Below are positions 62,965 to 64,000 of a stretch of 64,000 nucleotides of DNA, piece by piece (position 1 is the first letter of the stretch; the number at the start of each line of letters is the position of its first letter). The position numbers and the translations under genes are program-made. The stretch lies in assembly GCF_006345805.1 (NCBI RefSeq), contig NC_043002.1:59210001-59274000 (forward strand), read 5' to 3'. Source of the stretch: Octopus sinensis (taxonomy: Eukaryota). The notes beneath the pieces are model-generated. The model was not told the origin of the DNA and did no database searches. It worked only from the letters and a program-made list of their open reading frames with translations.

Positions 62965-64000
62965 CGAGAGTGGGCCGAAAAGTTCATAAGCTAACTATGA
63001 AGGAGTGATCTTAGAGATGTGAAATCTTGTCTGAATTAATTTCAATTCATCTTATCAGTAACTCCATTGTTTCTTTCTAGGTAAACTGACATCTGATTGT
63101 TCAAAGAAGACCTCAAATGTAAATAGGAGTGATTTCTCTTGAAAAATGGACAAAAGTACCTGCAGAAAACTGGCTTAACATCCATGGACGTTTATGCTGA
63201 CATGGTGGATACATTAGAGGAGGATGCTCCAGGTTTATCAACAGTGCAAAAATGGGCGGCTGAATTTAGGAACGGGAAGGGAGAGTTTTGTAAACGACCC
63301 AACGTCTGGACGTTTTGCAATGCCACCACCGAGGAAAACGTTGATCGTATTCACCACCACGTGGTGATGGATGACAGATGATTGACTATAAATCAAATAG
63401 CCAATGCTATTAACATATCCTGTGAGAGAGTTGAGAATATTTTGCACAATGCCTTTGGCTTGACCGTTTCTTTCTGCTCGGTGGGTGCCACTTCTGACAC
63501 CTGATCAAAAACACACCCCAGTGTGATTCCCGTGGAGTAATCACGGGAAAATCTGATATTGTTTGAGGCAGATCCAGCTGGTTTCCTTAAACGTCTCCTA
63601 AGGATGAGTTTTGGGTTCATCATTTTGAGGCAGTGATAAATAGGCAATCCATGTAGTGGACACCCTCTCACCTACTCCAAATAAGGTCAAGGTCGTTTCA
63701 TTTGCAGGGAAAGTGATGGCTTCAGTTTTTTTTCGAATACAAAATGTATTGTATTTAATGCCTATCTTTAAAATGGCCACACTGACAATGGAGAGTACTA
63801 TGCCAACTTACCGAGGCAGTTGCGAAAGGCTATCAAGACCAAACGCCTAGAAAAACTGACAGGACAATGCTCCAGCACACGAGTCCTTGCTTTCAATGGC
63901 TGCTGTGCATAGCTGGCCTTAAACTGGTTGATCAACCTTCCTATTCTTTTGATTTGATACCTTCTGACTATCATCTGTTTCCTAACATGACAAAACACTT
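62965..64000 (+). mobile_element. Mariner relic (irritans/Hsmar2-like), runs off the window end
   Basis: TIR ta-cgagagtgggccgaaaagttc; remnants STVQKWAAEF, RWVP, AGKVMASVF, DNAPAH, with many frameshifts. Confidence 0.88.

Overview
Eukaryotic, AT-rich, microsatellite-saturated DNA. The SINE, LINE and mariner repertoire is the kind I associate with octopus (coleoid cephalopod) genomes; this is recognition, not a database result. One host gene is supported: the 3' part of a + strand gene with 8 phase-consistent GT-AG exons (14851-30654, about 1175 aa in the window). It encodes a disordered S/P/K-rich protein with repeated P-x-W-[KR] basic motifs and a 1905-nt symmetric exon carrying a Y/N/Q prion-like tract. 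I cannot name it, and its N-terminal exons were not found. The rest is mostly decayed mobile DNA: several tRNA-headed SINE families, RTE LINEs (one with a PHD finger inside the RT), R4/Dong-like RLE LINE ends in (TAA)n, a Penelope-like GIY-YIG fragment, Tc1/mariner relics, hAT and TTAA MITEs, and Helentron-like elements. Nearly all supplied ORFs outside these are microsatellite or SINE artefacts. The best candidate system is a set of five minimal type-I hammerhead-ribozyme folds, each with one non-canonical core base (U4C three times). They lie in short Penelope-associated, often inverted-repeat elements next to (TA)n tracts. Other notable items are a TSD-bounded SINE concatemer, a long hairpin in the probable 3' UTR, a triple-hairpin module with cGAAg/cGAAAg loops, and a tRNA-containing tandem repeat. 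Repeat boundaries are approximate (about 10-30 nt) unless TIRs or TSDs are quoted.
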